Assembly (NCBI GenBank): GCA_002269645.1
Contig: NIVC01000567.1
Location: 186,001-250,000, forward strand
Source of the DNA: Macrostomum lignano
Lineage: Eukaryota
Length of the DNA: 64,000 nucleotides
Reading direction: 5' to 3'
The notes under the pieces were generated by a model, which searched no databases, was not told where the DNA came from, and saw only the letters and a list, made by a program, of their open reading frames with translations. Within the stretch, counting starts at the first letter, position 1, and the number at the start of each line of letters is the position of its first letter. The position numbers were made by a program, and so were the translations under genes. Positions 48,744-63,700 of the stretch are shown one piece after another.

Positions 48744-51700
48744 TCAAAGTGTCCTCCTGGGCCGTCGGGCCGGCGGCGGAGCAGCAGATGAAGAGCCAGA
48801 CGACGACGACGAACCCGACGGTGCTCGCCGGCGACCAGCGGCACCTCCGCCTTCAGCAGCCGGTGCTTCACCATCGGGAGCGTCATCATCTTCGTCATCA
48901 TCGTCATCGTCAGCATCGTCTCCATCATCGTCTTCTATTTCGAAATCGTCATCGTCTTCTTCTTCATCGTCCTCGTTGTCGTCGTCGGAGGCCTCTGAGG
49001 CGTCTGAAGTGTCGCCGGCTTCCTCCTCGAGGTCGGCAATTTCGCCGGCCAGCTCCAGCATGTGGGCCAGGTCGCGGGCGTTTACCTTGGGTTTGTTTCG
49101 ATTGGATGGCCGGTTGTTCACTTTATCGTTATCAACACAATTATCATCATCCACACCATCACTATCATCATCAACACCATTATCATCATCATTATCATCA
49201 TCACCATCATTATTATCATCATCCACATCATCATTATCATCATCATCACCATCACTATCATCATCAACACCATTATCATCATCATTATCATCATCACCAT
49301 CATTATTATCATCATCCACATCATCACTATCATCATCATCACCATCACTATCATCATCAACACCATTATCATCATCATTATCATCATCATTATCATCATC
49401 ACCATCATTATTATCATCATCCACATCATCACTATCATCATCATCACCATCACTATCATCATCAACACCATTATCATCATCATTATCATCATTACCATCA
49501 TTATTATCATCATCCACATCATCACTATCATCATCATCACCAACACTATCATCATCTACACCATCACTGTCATCATCATCACCACCATTATCATCATCAT
49601 CATCATCTACACCATCACTGTCATCATCATCACCACCATTATCATCATCATCATCATCATCATCCACACCATCACTATCATCAACATCACCATCATTATT
49701 ATCATCATAATCATCATCAACACCATTATCATCATCATCACCATTATCATTATCATCATTGATAATGATGATCAGCATCATCATCATCATTATTATCATC
49801 ATCATCATCACCACCATTATCATCATCATCATCATCTACACCATCACTGTCATCATCATCACCACCATTATCATCATCACCATTATCATCATCATCATCA
49901 TCATCATCATCTCTATCAGAATTTCTATCATCATCATCATCATCTACACCATCACTGTCATCATCATCACCACCATTATCATCATCACCATTATCATCAT
50001 CATCATCATCATCATCATCTCTATCAGAATTTCTATCATCATCATCATCATCTACACCATCACTGTCATCATCATCACCACCATTATCATCATCATCATC
50101 ATCCACACTATCACTATCATCATCATCACCATCATTATTATTATCGTCATCATTATCATAATCGTTATCAACATCCTTATTATTATCACCATCATCATCA
50201 TTATCATCAACATCATCATTACTATTATGATCATTACCATCATCAACATCATCAACAACATCATCACAATCATAATCTCACTTCGCCATCGTCGTCATCG
50301 TCATTGTCGTCATCTTCATCGTCATCATCGTCATCGTCCATGGTCTCATCGTTGGGCATAGCCTGGTCGTTCTCGTCCTCGGTGTCCTCGTCGACTCCGC
50401 GCTCCTCCTCGTCCTCCTTGCGCTTGCCGATCTGGTACAGGCGCACAAGAGACTGCTCCTCGTTCAACACGTCATCAGTGGCGGTGCATTCGCAAACGGC
50501 CATATAGTCGGTGTTAGCATCGATCGATATCGAACGAATCCGACGCTTCAAATCTACAGACGCGATTAAACTGTAGTCTCGAGCGTCCAACGTGCGAAAT
50601 ATGGTCCATAGCGACGAATTGAGCTGGTCGGGCATGCGCAACTGAATGCAAAATAAAACAATAATAATTGTCAAAGCAGCATATAAGTAGTCCAATTGCT
50701 AATTGCTATCAAAATTTACAATAAAACTAACAATTCGTTAATAAATGAAAATTTGTTGCTGAAAAATAAAATTATATGGTATTAACTGAAAAAAACTTTA
50801 TTCTAACTACTTAATTTATAGATAAGTAAGCGCGATACAGGTTAGCAAAAATTGAAAAATATAAATTAAGTGCTAAAATACGAGTACATATGAAAAAAGT
50901 TATGTTATCCTACTACTTATAGATGACGTGAGTAAATTAGCATGATAGAAAATCGCAACCGAAAACATGCAAAAAACAAAGAAAGCGCTTAAAAATAAAC
51001 AAACCTCATCATCATCCCAAAGGAAGCTGGCCCCGAATATGGCGTCCCCGCAAGCGGTGAATTGAATCTCCATCTGTTCCAGAGACGGCACGGTATTGAG
51101 CAGTCTAAACGATCTCAAATCCCACACTTCGCTGCTGATGATAATTTCTAAACAATTCGGATGAAACACGCCCGAGATGAGGTTTTGAAACTTGTCGAAC
51201 TTGTGCACGGAACGTGTGGAATCGCGCACGTCCCACAATACACCGTCGTTAAGGACGAGATTGCCGTCGGCATTAAACACGGCTCGGTTGCGAAGGTAAT
51301 CGTTTGAAGATTCCTGGAAATTTGAGAAGAGAACAGGTGTTAGGGATATATAACAACACAATGATTGATTTATTCCGTTCAATGTTTGCTTCATAGAGAT
51401 GAGAAGGGGGGAAGAGAGAAGGCGGAGGGGAGGAAAGGAGAAAGGAGAGAGGGAGATGGAAAGATAGAAAGGAAGGCATGGAGATCCGAGGGGGGGGGGA
51501 GGAAGACGGAGACGGAGAAGGAGACAGGGAGGAGAGATTGACAGGGGAGAGGGAGACAGAGAGAGACAGAGAGGGAGACGGAGACAGGGAGAAGGCAGGG
51601 AGAGGCAGACGGGGAGAAGCAGACAGGAAAAGGCAGACAGGAGAGGGAGGCAGGGAGAGGGAGGCAAGGAGAGGGAGGCAGGGAGAGGGAGGCAGGAAGA

Positions 51701-54700
51701 GGCAGACAGGGAGAGGGAGGCAAGGAGAGGGAGGCAGGGAGAGGGAGGCAGGAAGAGGCAGACAGGGAGAGGGAGGCAGGGAGAGGGAGGCAGGGAGAGG
51801 GAGGCAGGGAGAGGGAGGCAGGGAGAGGGAGGCAGGGAGAGGGAGGCAGGAAGAGGGAGGCAGGAAGAGGCAGGGAGAGGGAGGCAGGAAGAGGCAGGGA
51901 GAGGGAGGCAGGGAGAGGGAGGCAGGAAGAGGCAGGGAGAGGGAAGCAGGGAGAGGCAGACAGAGAGAGAGAGGGAGGCAGGGAGAGGCAGACAGGGAGA
52001 GGGAGGCAGGGAGAGGCAGACAGGGAGAGGGAGGCAGGGAGAGGGAGGCAGGGAGAGGCAGACAGGGAGAGGGAGGCAGGGAGAGGCAGACAGGGAGACA
52101 TACAGGAAGATGGAGACAGGGAGAGACAGACAGGGAGAGGGAGGCAGAGAGAGACAGACAGGGAGAGGGAGGCAGGAAGAGGCAGAAAGATGGGAGTGGG
52201 AGAGGGGAACAGGGATAGGGAAACAATAGGAGTGTGATAGAGAAGAAGAGACGGGGGGAGAGGAATCAGGGCGAGGAGTGCAAAGGCGAGAGGGAAAGAA
52301 GAGAGCACCTCTCCCGGGACAGAGGAGAGAAAAATAAAAGGAAGAAGGAAAAAATCAGGGAGATGCCACTGTCCAACCGATCATACGGGTATGAATTGAT
52401 AAAACTACCGATATGTGACGCGAAAAACAAAATCCAATTAGAAGACCCAAACCTGATCATAAAGTGCAGCGATCCTAGTCTTCGATTCCACATCGTAGAT
52501 GCAGGCGGCGTTATTTTTAGTAGTTAAAACGCGCGACAAGCTGCACGGATCGAATTCAACGAAAGCTTCGTCTTCGAAGTCCATGACGTGGAATCGTTCG
52601 ATATCGTATTCTTCAACTGAGACAGATTCGTTTGGATAGGCGAATAGACGGGAGGCCGGATTGCCCCAGGTAGCGCACACGGCCATGAGAGTCTCGGACT
52701 GGTTCACATTGATGCAGCTGGGCGGTGTGGCATTGTTATTAGTTGTCCAGCAGCACAGCTCTTGGCCATTGATGTGATCGACGCATTTTACTCGACCGCC
52801 AGCCGAGCCAATCAGAAGACGGCCGCGCTTAGTAAGCAAACGGCAGCAGCTGTAGGGCGAGTCCTCTTCCGGATCGCGGAATGTTCGCACCGGTTTAAAA
52901 CTGCCAATATGAGCGTAGTATTAAATCTTTATTTTCGATACATATCGGATTGTTGTCAACTTCTAGTTATTGATTATTTCGATACATATCGGATTGTCAT
53001 TAACTTCTAATTATTGATTATTTCGATACATGTCGGATGGTAACTGACTTCAGGTCATTTATTATTTCGATACATATCGGATCGTCATTAACTTCTGCCT
53101 AATGATTTTTCGATACATATCGGATCGTCATTGACTGCTAATTATTGATTTTTCGATACATATCAGACAATCTTTTATCTGGCCCAGTTATAAAGTTTTT
53201 CGCGGCAAGTACATAAATGAATCTACTAACCGACTATAAAGATAGCGCCGATTTTCGCGCCCAATGTCTCTCGGATTAGCGCGCCACTGGCCGTAGGACT
53301 TCGTGCGCATTCGCTGCGCCGCATTGGCTGGTCGCATCGCGTGCGAACGAGTCCTGGGGGCTGAGCAGCGATGCGGCTCCAGCAGGGAGAATGCCGGACA
53401 AGTGCTTACAGGATTGGGGCACTGAGCGTGCTGCTGCAACAAGTACTCGGAGATGATGCGCTCCAGAGACTGCTGCTCACCGACTGGCTGGCTGGGCTTC
53501 GAAGGCTGGGTCAATTGAGGTCAAGTTGATGCGCGGGTTTAGTTGGAGACAAAAACAACAGACAGTATAACTGGTCACTTTTAAATTGATTCATTCTCAG
53601 TCACTCTTGGATCATCTCAGTCACTCTTGGATCATCTCAGTCACTCTTGGATCATCTCAGTCACTCTTGGATCATCTCAGTCACTCTTGGATCATCTCAG
53701 TCACTCTTGGATCATCTCAGTCACTCTTGGATTATCTCAGTCACTGTTGGATCATCTCAGTCCCTCTTGGATCATCTCAGTCACTCTTGGATCCTCTCAG
53801 TCACTCTTGGATCATCTCAGTCACTGTTGGATCATCTCAGTCACTCTTGGATCATCTCAGTCACTGTTGGATCATCTCAGTCCCTCTTGGATCATCTCAG
53901 TCACTGTTGGATCATCTCAGTCACTCTTGGATCATCTCAGTCCCTCTTGGATCATCTCAGTCACTGTTGGATCATCTCAGTCACTCTTGGATCATCTCAG
54001 TCACTCTTGGATCATCTCAGTCCCTCTTGGATCATCTCAGTCACTCTTGGATCATCTCAGTCCCTCTTGGATCATCTCAGTCACTCTTGGATCATCTCAG
54101 TCACTGTTGGATCATCTCAGTCACTCTTGGATCATCTCAGTCACTCTTGGATCATCTCAGTCACTGTTGGATCATCTCAGTCCCTCTTGGATCATCTCAG
54201 TCACTGTTGGATCATCTCAGTCACTCTTGGGTCATCTCAGTCACTCTTGGGTCATCTCACTCACTCTTGGATCATCTCAGTCACTCTTGGATCATCTCAG
54301 TCACTCTTGGAACATCTCAGTCACTCTTGGATCATCTCAGTCACTTCTGGATCATCTCAGTCACTTCTGGATCATCTCAGTCACTTCTGGATCATCTCAG
54401 TCACTCTTGGATCATCTTAGTCACTCTTGGATCATCTCAGTCACTCTTGGATCATCTCAGTCACTCTTGGATCATCTCAGTCACTTCGGGATCATCTTAT
54501 CACTCTGATAATCTTAGTCGCTTTTCAACCAGTCCACTCACTCTAGTATCATCAGTCACTTTTCTATCATTTCAGTCACTTAGTGATCCTTTTTGATTCA
54601 CCACAGTCACAGCTATGTACATCATTAGTTCAAGTTAGCTTGTATGCTTAAGTAAGATTGTATATTTTAAGCAAAAACTTACCTGCAAATAGAGATTGTA

Positions 54701-57700
54701 CTGCGACGGTCGATCGCGACCTAAACTTGTAGTCTGTTGCAGAGACAATGGCTGTGGTTGCTGCGGTTGCTGAGCCGGTTGCTGCTGGGGCATTGAGCAA
54801 ACAGCCTGCACACCAGTTCGTACACAACTATTACGAACAATATTAACCTTCAACGGTAGGCTAGGACTGGCTGAATCGATACTATTAAAATTATTATTTG
54901 GCGACATCAGCAGAGTCTGACCACCTAAAGTTGACATTGAAGAAGACAAATCCGATTTCTCATTATTAGTCAGAGTGGAAGCAGCAGACGAGGCCAATAG
55001 TTGCTGCTTCTGCTGTTGTTGTTGCTTAGCAACCGCTGCGGAACTAGCTGGCGTTGACGGCGTCGGTGGAACCATGCCAGCCGAGTGGTAGATATTAGTT
55101 GCTATGGCAGCCGGCTTGTCACCGGCCACACGAAGGCCGGCTTCGCGTTGCAGCACAGCGGCAGACTCGGAGAGTCCTTTGCTCAGCAGGTGATTGTACA
55201 TGAGGTGCAGCAGCTCCTTGCCGTCCCACGTGATCCGGGTGTTAGCGACAATCTCCGCCCGACGCAGCCACTCCATCGACACGCCGGAGCCGCCAGACAC
55301 GACGCCGTTTGTGGCGCCGCTACCAACGCCTTCGACCACGCCGGAAACAACGCCGCCACCGATGCCGACGTTGGCTAATCCGCCCGAGCCCAGCACCGAG
55401 TGATTGGCGGTTGGACCAGATAATCCAGCACTACCATTGGCACCGTGGTTCACGGATCCGGCTCCAGTGTCGCTACTGTTAACCCCAATGCCATTGATCT
55501 GCTTGTGAGCCTGACCGCCAGACACGCGTTCAATTAATTTACTAGCCGACCGAACAAATTTAGCGTGATCGCGGAGCTTGTCTGGCAGCACAGGTTCCTT
55601 CATCAGCAACTGCAGGTGACCTTTGCTAAATAGTTGCAGTTTAGCCAGCATTTGGCTAATCTTATCGTCGCGAGATAAGCCTAATAAGCATCGGCAGGCT
55701 AGCGCTCGGATACAATCTGCATCCGTTAATGGAGTTCGAGTTTCTAATAATCTGAGCAGGCTCATTATACCGTTGCAAGAGCGCACGGCGCGCCACACCT
55801 GCTGGACGTATTGCTCTTTGGTGAACTGCTGCTGCTGCTGCTGGGGTGTACACACCACCGCAGTGATTGGCTGGCGATCCTAAATGCAATTTAATAAATA
55901 TACATGCAGAACTTTTCTTGAAAACGCTTCAAGCAATATTCCTGACCTTATTGCAGTGCTCACGCAATCACTTCTGTAATTTACCCTTTCAATGACCTAA
56001 TAGCTTGTCTTTATTTCTGACTTAATTCCTGACCCTATTTTCTGACCTCATCCCTGACATCATTACTGGCCTCATTCCTGAACTGATTTCTGACCTCATT
56101 CTTGACCTCATTTCTGAACTCATTTCCGATTTCATTCCTGACCTCATTTCTGACCTCATTTCTGACCTCATTCGGACATTCCTGAACTCATTTCTGACCA
56201 ATTTCCTAACCTTATTGCTGACATTACTGCTGATCTCATTCCTGATTTCATTTCTAATCTCATTCCTGATTTCATTTCTAATCTCATTCCTGACCTCATT
56301 TCTAATCTCATTCCTGATTTCATTTCTAATCTCATTCCTGATTTCATTTCTAATCTCATTCCTGATTTCATTTCTAATCTCATTCCTGATTTCATTTCTA
56401 ATCTCATTCCTGACCTCATTTCTAATCTCATTCCTGACCTCATTTCTAATCTCATTCCTGATTTCATTTCTAATCTCATTCCTGACCTCATTTCTAATCT
56501 CATTCCTGACCTCATTTCTAATCTCATTCCTGACCTCATTTCTAATCTCATTCCTGACCTCATTTCTAATCTCATTCCTGATTTCATTTCTAATCTCATT
56601 CCTGACCTCATTTCTAATCTCATTCCTGACCTCATTTCTAATCTCATTCCTGACTTCATTTCTAATCTCATTCCTGACCTCATTCATTTCTAATCTCATT
56701 CCTGACCTCATTCATTTCTAATCTCATTCCTGACCTCATTCATTTCTAATCTCATTCCTGACCTCATTCATTTCTGATCTCATTCCTGACCTCATTCATT
56801 TCTAATCTCATTCCTGACCTCATTCATTTCTAATCTCATTCCTGACCTCATTCATTTCTAATCTCATTCCTGACCTCATTCATTTCTAATCTCATTCCTG
56901 ACCTCATTAATTTCTAATCTCATTCCTGACCTCATTCATTTCTAATCTCATTCCTGACCTCATTCATTTCTAATCTCATTCCTGATCTCATTCATTTCTA
57001 ATCTCATTCCTGACCTCATTCATTTCTGATCTCATTCCTGACCTCATTCATTTCTAATCTCATTCCTGACCTCATTCATTTCTAATCTCATTCCTGACCT
57101 CATTCATTTCTAATCTCATTCCTGACCTCATTCATTTCTAATCTCATTCCTGACCTCATTCTGACACCATCCCTGGATTCTCAGACCTTACTCCTAATCT
57201 GCTTATAGGCGTCATTATTGACCCCAACTCAGACATTATTTATGACTCAAAGACATTTCTATAGACTTTATTGTTGACATCAGTGACGATATTCTTAAAT
57301 GCGCTAGCTTTTTGTTTAAATACGAAGTCAACAGGAAACTCACAGCCCGCCTTTTCACAGCCGAGCCGGTCAGTTTAGTAACAGATGGCTGCTGCTGATT
57401 GCTACTAGGCGTCTCCAAAATGTTAGCGGCAACAAAATCCGATGCTTCATCGCGATGATGCTGCAACGGCTGATGCTGCTGTTGCATTAGTTCGCTATCT
57501 AGAGGCCTACTAACGCACAGATTCAATATAGCCAATGACAGTTTCTGCACTTCAGGATCGAGAAACTCCTCATTGTCGGCCAGGGTGAGAAGCAGTTGAA
57601 TACCGTCGGCTTTGTAATCGGCCGTGATGCTGAATTTCACCAGCATCTGGCGCATCTGCTTGGCAACGCAGCAGCACACAAGCACCACTGCTAGGGAGTG

Positions 57701-60700
57701 CTGTATGGTCTCCGGCCGGCCACTGTGTGGGCCCCATTCGAATGCCGACAGGGCTACTAAGCGTAGTAGGAAGTTCAAGCCGTTCAGACGGTCCAGAGAG
57801 TCAACTGGTAGCCAGGTCAGGTCGGGCTGGGCCAGGTGTAGCAGCACTGTGCACGCTTCCGATACCTGTTGGGGAATAAGGGTAATTAAGGAAAAACTTT
57901 CTAGGGGAATTAACAGTCACTAGGGGTATTAGGGGGTATTTTTCTATAGGAATTAACCGCCACTAGGGGTATTTTTCTATATGATTTACCTGTCACTAGG
58001 GGTATTTTTCTATATGATTTACCTGTCACTAGGGGTATTTTTCTATGGGAATTAACATTCACTAGGGGTATTAGGAGTATTTTTCTATAGGAATTAACAG
58101 TTACTAGTGGGGTAGGGTATTTTTTAGAGGAATTACCTGTCAATATACCGGGGTGGGGTATTTTTCTAGAGGAGTAACAGTCACTACAGCGAGGTAGCGG
58201 AATTTTTTAGGGGAATTAGCAGTCACTACAGCGTGGTGGGGTATTTTTCTAGAGGAATTAAAAGTCACTACGGTACTGCCAGGGTGGAGAATTTTTCTCG
58301 AAGAATTAACTACAACGTATTTCTTAGGGTTAATCATTGCTTGATGAGGAAATTATGCGGAACTCTAATGAGGATACATTCACTGCAAAGGGAATTGCAG
58401 GGTAATTTTTCTAAGAATCGACTCTTAAACACAGCTGTCTCAGAAAAGTAGAAGGCTTTACAAACCTGCTCAGCCGTATATTTGAGCGTACGCTGCGGTC
58501 CGTGCTCCATCAGACTTAGCGAAGGCGGATGCTGCAGCATCAGTGCCTGATGCGACTGCTGCTGCTCTTGGCTAAGAGATTCGGATTTGTACAGCAGGTG
58601 CAGCTCAAAGTAGCGCCTCAAAGCGCCAGTAACTAGCTTCACAATCTGACGACATGTGAACAGTGCGTCCTCTGGTAGTAGGGCCACTTCATCGTCTGTG
58701 CCGGTGAAGATCACTTGAGTTGCCATCTGGAATGTTAGGTTGATTATTGACAGATTTGACATTCCACTGTCCATACGCTAAAAGTACCACAAACTGAAAA
58801 GTAACTGAAGGACCGCAAAAAGACACAAAGGTGAGTAGCTGTGGACCCACTGAAGGACACAAAGGTGAGTAGCTGTGGACCTACTGTAGGACACAAAGGT
58901 GAGTAGCTGTGGACCCACTGAAGGACACAAAGGTGAGTAGCTGTGGACCCACTGTAGGACACAAAGGTGAGTAGCTGTGGACCTACTGTAGGACACAAAG
59001 GTGAGTAGCTGTGGACCCACTGATGGACACAAAGGTGAGTAGCTGTGGACCCACTGAAGGACACAAAGGTGAGTAGCTGTGGACCTACTGTAGGACACAA
59101 AGGTGAGTAGCTGTGGACCCACTGAAGGACACAAAGGTGAGTAGCTGTGGACCCACTGAAGGATACAAAGGTGAGTAGCTGTGGACCCACTGAAGGATAC
59201 AAAGGTGAGTAGTTGTGGACCCACTGAAGGACACAAAGGTGAGTAGCTGTGGACCCACTGTAGGACACAAAGCTGAGTAGCTGTGGACCCACTGATGGAC
59301 ACAAAGGTGAGTAGCTGTGGACCCACTGATGGACACAAAGCTGAGTAGCTGTGGACCCACTGAAGGACACAAAGCTGAGTAGCTGTGGACCCACTGATGG
59401 ACACAAAGGTGAGTAGCTATAGACCCACTTGACAAGGTGAGCAGCTGTAAACCTACTGAGAACGCAGTAGTTACTTCAGCTCATATCTCAGTAAAAGCTA
59501 GATATGCGAACCACTTTTGGTCATAGACAATTGACAGAAAGCTAAAAGAAAATCTTTTTATTACCAAGATGAAGCAAATACGATTGAAAGCTGTTTCTTA
59601 ATTGGAATGGAATTGAAGCCGAAGGCTAAATAATTTACTATATCAAGTCAGATCACTACTATCATCATCATTGCAACCAGGTGCTGTCAATCAAAAGACC
59701 AACAAGAGCAAGGATGTCGAATGACCTCAGTCAGCACGTGGCCATGCTGCCAGCAGATGTTGGCTCAATTGGAATCAGCCTTAGAATCATGGACAGCAAC
59801 GGTAGATTATTAGTGGACTTAAATCAACATCTCAGTTTGAATCAAAGATCATCAACTGAAACAGTGCAATTAGACGTGGATTGCGGAGAAACTGGCAGTA
59901 ACAACCAAATCGCGACAACAGCATACGAGACGGACAAGTTCAAAAGTTGTCGACGATCAAACAGCCAGCGAAGCCAATATCGAGTCAGATTTGACGATTC
60001 CGACAGTTTGGCTGCTCCCATAGCAACGGTATCTTCGGCGTCAACAATGTATATAGCTACTCCACCATCTAGAGAGCTCAAAACGATGAAGGATAATGCA
60101 GCATCGTTCAGTTCATCGGAGACTTCAATCGATTTAATTGACAGAATCAATGGCAGCCTGGGTCGCATCGCTTCATTTGCTCGGGAAACGCGACAGCAGC
60201 AACAGAACTCGAAGCAACAGCAACAGCAACAGAAACAACAGCCAAAACGGCCGCAGTACGTGAGCACACAACAGCAAGCAACTAGCAGCGATCAGTTTAC
60301 ATCGCTAAGCTGCTGCAGCGCCAAAGACAGCAACCTCAGCGCCCCGGCTGTTCCTATCTGCGTCAAGAAAACCGCCTGGAACGCTGAGGAGCTGCATTAC
60401 GCAATCGAATCCGACACAGTTGACGATGAGGACGAACTTCTAAGCAAAGACACTCGCCAATCGGCAGAATCTCGTCCAGCAACTCAAGCTACCATCACTT
60501 TCCGAGGCGGTTTCGGCGATAGCAACAATTTCAACGTGCCAACAGCAGCTAACAGGCCCGGATCCGCAACTACTGAAGCGGCAGGCATAACTGGCAACTC
60601 GCTAGCAAATCTGCTTTGCAAAAGATACCAACGAGATATTATTATCCACACGATTCGAGGCGTTGTAGACCGACTCTGCCGACAACAGCAAACTGGCAGA

Positions 60701-63700
60701 ATTTGATCAATGCCGAACAAACAACCAACGCGTCTCCTTTGTTTATTTGATCAGACATTTTTTTTCATTGGAAACCTGTCGGCAGTTCCAACTTTTCTTC
60801 GGTCGACGCGATTTTTATTTTTACATTCAATTTTCGAAAAAAAACAAAACGAAGCGTGAATGACCAACGCTGTCCTTCCGCTTCTGATATATTTTCTACT
60901 GTTAATTTTTTATTGATCAAAGAACAGCCCCGCTCGCTCTTAAGACAATTATAACCGTGTACGAGAACGCATTGCTTGGATTTATTTTTTATTGAGACTT
61001 CCTATCACTGTTTGATTCAAGCTTATGTTGCTTGCATAAACATTGCATAAACATTATTTCTAATCCCTACGTCATAATAAGGACTAAATGATATTCTAAA
61101 TAAGCGAAGGCAAATTCCTCTAGATCCAAGATTATAAAGTTAGTCCATTTTTAAGTTAGGAAAACTCCTAAAATCAGACCGAAACTCAAATCCTAAATCC
61201 CCTAATCCAACATAATAAATCCTAAAATCGCAATAGCCAAGTCCAACAACTCAGATTTCAAGTCCTCGTATCCAGATACCGAGTCCAGAAAGTTCAAATC
61301 CCACATCCTTAATTACGGATCCCAATTCCTTACAATCCAGATCCCAATTCCTACAATCCGGATCCCAATTCCTTACAATCCAGATCCCAAGTTCTACAAT
61401 CCAGATCCCAATTCCTACAATCCGGATCCCAATTCCTACAACCCAGATCCCAAGTCCTACAATCCAGATCCCAATTCCTACAACCCAGATCCCAAGTCCT
61501 ACAATCCAGATCCCAATTCCTACAATCCAGATCCCAATTCCTACAATCCAGATCCCAATTCCTACAATCCAGATCCCAAATCCTACAATTCAGATCCCAA
61601 ATCCTACAATCCAGATCCCAATTCCTACAATCCAGATCCCAAATCCTACAATCCAGATCCCAAATCCTACAATCCAGATCCCAATTCCTACAATCCAGAT
61701 CCCAATTCCTACAATCCAGATCCCAAGTCGGTGAAATATAGTTCTCATTATTAAACAACAAACTACAGAAACTCACCACATTGTACAGCTTTCTCAAACC
61801 GTCCTGCTTGTCAAAATAATCCAAAATCAGTTTAAAGCCGAAGGCATGAGAGAAGAACATCGTAGCATAGCAACGACCGGTGTTATGGGAGCACTCCAGC
61901 AGCCATAGGCCGTACTCGACTAAATTGGCCACTAAATCTTCTGGCAGACTGCAAAGCTGAAATGTATTTGGCGTTGTAACACCTGACACAACTGATGTCT
62001 CATGACCTTTCAGGTGTCTCCCATAGATTCCAAGATTGACACATTGAAATCATACACGACATTTTATGACCCAACTATTGATTTTTATGACCTTTGATGG
62101 CCCATCGCTAATGCATGACATTGATATTGATGAACTATCAATTGCATCCTGCATTATTAGATGAGCTATCCCTATGACTCACTATTAATTTTGTACGACC
62201 TATGACCTATCGATATTGCATGAGCTATGACTTATCATATTTTGCATGACCTCTTCTGACCTATCGATATTACACGAGCTGACTCATCATGAAAATTGAA
62301 TGACTTTCTGTGACTCATTTTTATAATAGAAACAACTCACCCTTTCCATGGAGTCCTCAAAGTAGGCCAAATAGTAGAAGGCTACAGAGACTGCAGTAGA
62401 GGACACTGAAGGTCGTCGAACTCTCAACAGTCGTTGAACTCCGCCTTGCAGTAGAAACTCGACAGAGAATTTCTTATGGCACAGCATAGCGCACAGTAGT
62501 CGCAGAGCGTTAAATGTCAATCTTATATCCTTAGTAAGTCCAGGATCAATGTAATCGAATATCAATTGTACAGCCTGACACTCGAGCATCGGAGCTAGGA
62601 CCTCTTGGTATTCGGCCATTGGCACTAGATAGGTGAGGTAGAGACGCTGCTGCATCTCTATAGTTAGCGGATGCAGACTGTAGGTCCCGATACTGCCAGC
62701 TAGTACATCGCGAGTACTACTATTTGAACAATCGCCGTCAGTGAGTTGTAGAGATGCTGCACTCGAGGCTGAGTTAATTATAAATGTTTCATTTTATAAT
62801 ATTTAGCACGTTAAATAAAATTAATTATAACAAGCACAGAATAACTAGCCGATATGTAGCGTAAATAACTTTGTAAAGCAAAAATACACAATTTACTAGT
62901 AACTCGATCGACCAGCCGATATGTTGCGTAAAAAACTTTGTAAGGCAATAATAGACAACTAGTTACGTTATTGACTAGCCGATATGTAGTGAAAATAGCA
63001 TATTAAAGCAATTATTCATCTAACTACTGACTAGATCTTCTAGTTGATATGTAGCGAAAATAACTATCGCTGCAGTCGAGAAAAACTAAGATTTTAAAGC
63101 ACGACTGTTAAAACTAATTTTAGTAGGTAAAATTCAACCACAACCAAAGTGATTTTTTACATAAATTCAATACTTACATCCGTGAAGTAAATGCTGAGCA
63201 TTAACAGACAGCATTTCGTCTTTGAGCGCAATTAGCCGACGCAATAGCACGGGAATGAGTCGGGTATTGTGAGCCCGATAGCGGAAGACAATGTCCGAAG
63301 AGTCCAGAGCAAAGCCTAACAGATTTGCAGCATAGCAACTAGCCGGCAATGGAGCGTTATCAGCTAGCAGATATAGATAGTCAATCACTTCTTCATTCTC
63401 GGTGAAGGCGTGAAACGTGTCAATCGATTGCATAGCGGTAATTAGAAATCGCATAGCAACTATAGTTAACTCTTTAACATTCTCGCAATTAGGCTTGTCC
63501 ATTAGTATATAATGAAAAGCATAGCGAACAAAGACTTCATCCCAGCGGAACAAGACTTTGTACATCGCGGCCAGGGTGCTGTTAGGATTAGCTTTCGCGG
63601 GGCTGCGCTCGTCAAACGGATCTGGATCCAAATGGAAATAATTCTCAGTCTCCTGCTCTAACAGGGAACAGATTTCCAGCAGGGTTGGCACAGGGTTGTA

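Noticed and set aside
53586-59435. ORFs in the 20-, 24- and 34-bp DCAF1 intronic arrays
   Set aside because: Open only because of unit composition; the flanking DCAF1 exons splice cleanly in frame around them.
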